Positions 62,480-64,000 of a DNA stretch of 64,000 nt are shown here, piece after piece. The translations under genes were made by a program, and so were the position numbers. Within the stretch, counting starts at the first letter, position 1. Every line of letters starts with the position of its first letter. The stretch lies in NCBI GenBank assembly GCA_010356995.1, contig ML996701.1:364963-428962 (forward strand), given 5' to 3'. Under the pieces are notes generated by a model. It was given only the letters and a program-made list of their open reading frames with translations. It was not told the DNA's origin and made no database searches. This stretch comes from Trichodelitschia bisporula (Eukaryota).

Positions 62480-64000
62480 GGCTTGATAAGGTTGGTGCGG
62501 GGAGGACGCGAGCGCGACAGCGCGACGAAAATGACCGAATGCAGGTTGAATGCGCTTTCGAGTCTAAGTACGGCGGGACGATGAATTGGGATTGGAGCCA
62601 GCTCGATGGGTTTGGCCGGACTGTGGGAGAGCGTTGGCTAAACGGAGCGTTTTTCTTGCGTGCAGATTTTATCCTGACTACTCGCGTGCCGGCAGCCGCC
62701 GCGTGAACGGGGAGGATGATGCCATGCGCCGGGGGTTGTAGTGTAGTGTGGTTTGCGCTGGGCTATGAGGCTCGCATCGACACTCAAGGGCGGGAAGTGC
62801 GTCGATAGAGGCCGATGAATGAGTTTTAGGTGAATTTTGAGGCGTTAGGTTGGTAAGGTAGGAGGTAGAGTCGGAAAGAGAGGTGGAGAGAGAAATTGTG
62901 GGCTTTGGAGCGGCGGTGAGCTTTGCGTCCAGGGTTCTTGTTGTTCGGGTCGGAGGAGCAAGGGGACGGCTTGGAAGCCGCTTGGGAGAGCCCGCCGTCA
63001 CCCGCTTCTCCTCCTGTCGCCATTTTTTCCCGCACTCGTCAAGCCACACACGCGGGCCGTTCGCCAATCGACGTGCATTGCCGCTGCAGTTGATAGGCAA
63101 AAACCCCGCTAAATCATTAACCGCCGACACACCGCCTTGCCCATCTCTTTTCTCTCTCGTCGATACATTCCGTGGGGTTCCATCTTCTTGATTGATGCGC
63201 CGTCGGCTGCTGCTGCTTGATGTCGCGGCTTGCTGTACGGGAGAGTCGTTGTTCAATTGTCCCTGAAAGGGTCTTCAAGCTTAGAGAAATGCATCATCAT
63301 TCTAATTTTGACTATTGGCTACTACGGTCCAGACGGCGCGCACCACTCCGTTCCCAATCACCCCACTTCGTCCATTGCCTTGGATAAGCTGTTCCTGCGT
63401 AGCTTCTGGAGTCGAGAAATTGGCCGATATCATTCGCTCCCTCACATATGAAAGCTGCATAAAAAGCGACCATGAAACGCCAACCCGCTCCAAGGGTTAC
63501 CACGTCATACATTCCGCTAGGTACATATGCACTTCCGTACGTCGGGGAAGTACTGCTGCTCATTGGATGGATATTCTGGGGTAGTACTTAGCATATGTAC
63601 AGCATTGTGGCAGTCACGTCTTGCTCGGCGCCTTCCATCAATCGATAACAAGTGGAATTGACAGCCGATTCCTGAAGACGTTGTTGTGGTATATGCTCGG
63701 CCGGAGTGATGATCTTGTCGCAGCAAGCGTCATGATCGCTCCCGTTTCTACAGACATACTACGTACCGTCTGCAAACCGTCAATCGCCTACCCGCCAGCT
63801 CCTTCGTCGCTGAAGAACGAGTTCTTCGGCTTCACCACCGCCTGGACTGCTTGCGGACCTGCGCAAAGCAGGTGAAGGGTACAAGTCTCTTGAGATTCTA
63901 TTTGTGTCTACGTCGTTGGATTCGTAGTGCTGTCATATGCGGTGAGAGGGATATCCAGAAGATAAATGGCAAAGAAGGCATGTCGTCTGGGCAAGCCCCT

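Noticed and set aside
63620..63880. Possible terminal exons of a minus-strand gene at the window end
   Set aside because: Splice-like signals are present, but candidate frames contain stops and no recognisable product.

Overview
Eukaryotic genomic DNA from a filamentous ascomycete (Pezizomycotina; Dothideomycetes-like by inference). It is GC-rich, with very short (about 42-60 nt) GT-AG introns carrying CTRAC-type branch sites. About 22 protein genes can be supported: SDR, HET-domain protein, NAD(P)HX epimerase, MRPS16, AVT-type transporter, RO10, SHO1, beta-lactamase-family hydrolase, cutinase, OCH1, spermidine-synthase-like methyltransferase, CCDC97-like protein, nitroreductase, BXI1, BarA/Lag1 ceramide synthase, PFA5, a divergent protocatechuate dioxygenase plus carboxy-cis,cis-muconate cyclase pair, GH17 BtgC, MDM34 and several hypotheticals. 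There is also one intron-containing tRNA-Arg(ACG). The least ordinary part is a gene-poor stretch of about 9.5 kb (41.3-50.8 kb). It holds two apparently intact, TATA-preceded small genes that share a [WY]xxCCxC-GP-CxxCxHxxCxxC Cys module, surrounded by weak, disabled-looking relics (Zn-cluster-like, Clr5-like, SesB-like). No CRISPR array, rRNA or intact transposon was found. All calls come from reading the sequence by eye and from recalled family motifs; no database searches were run. Exon boundaries are manual.
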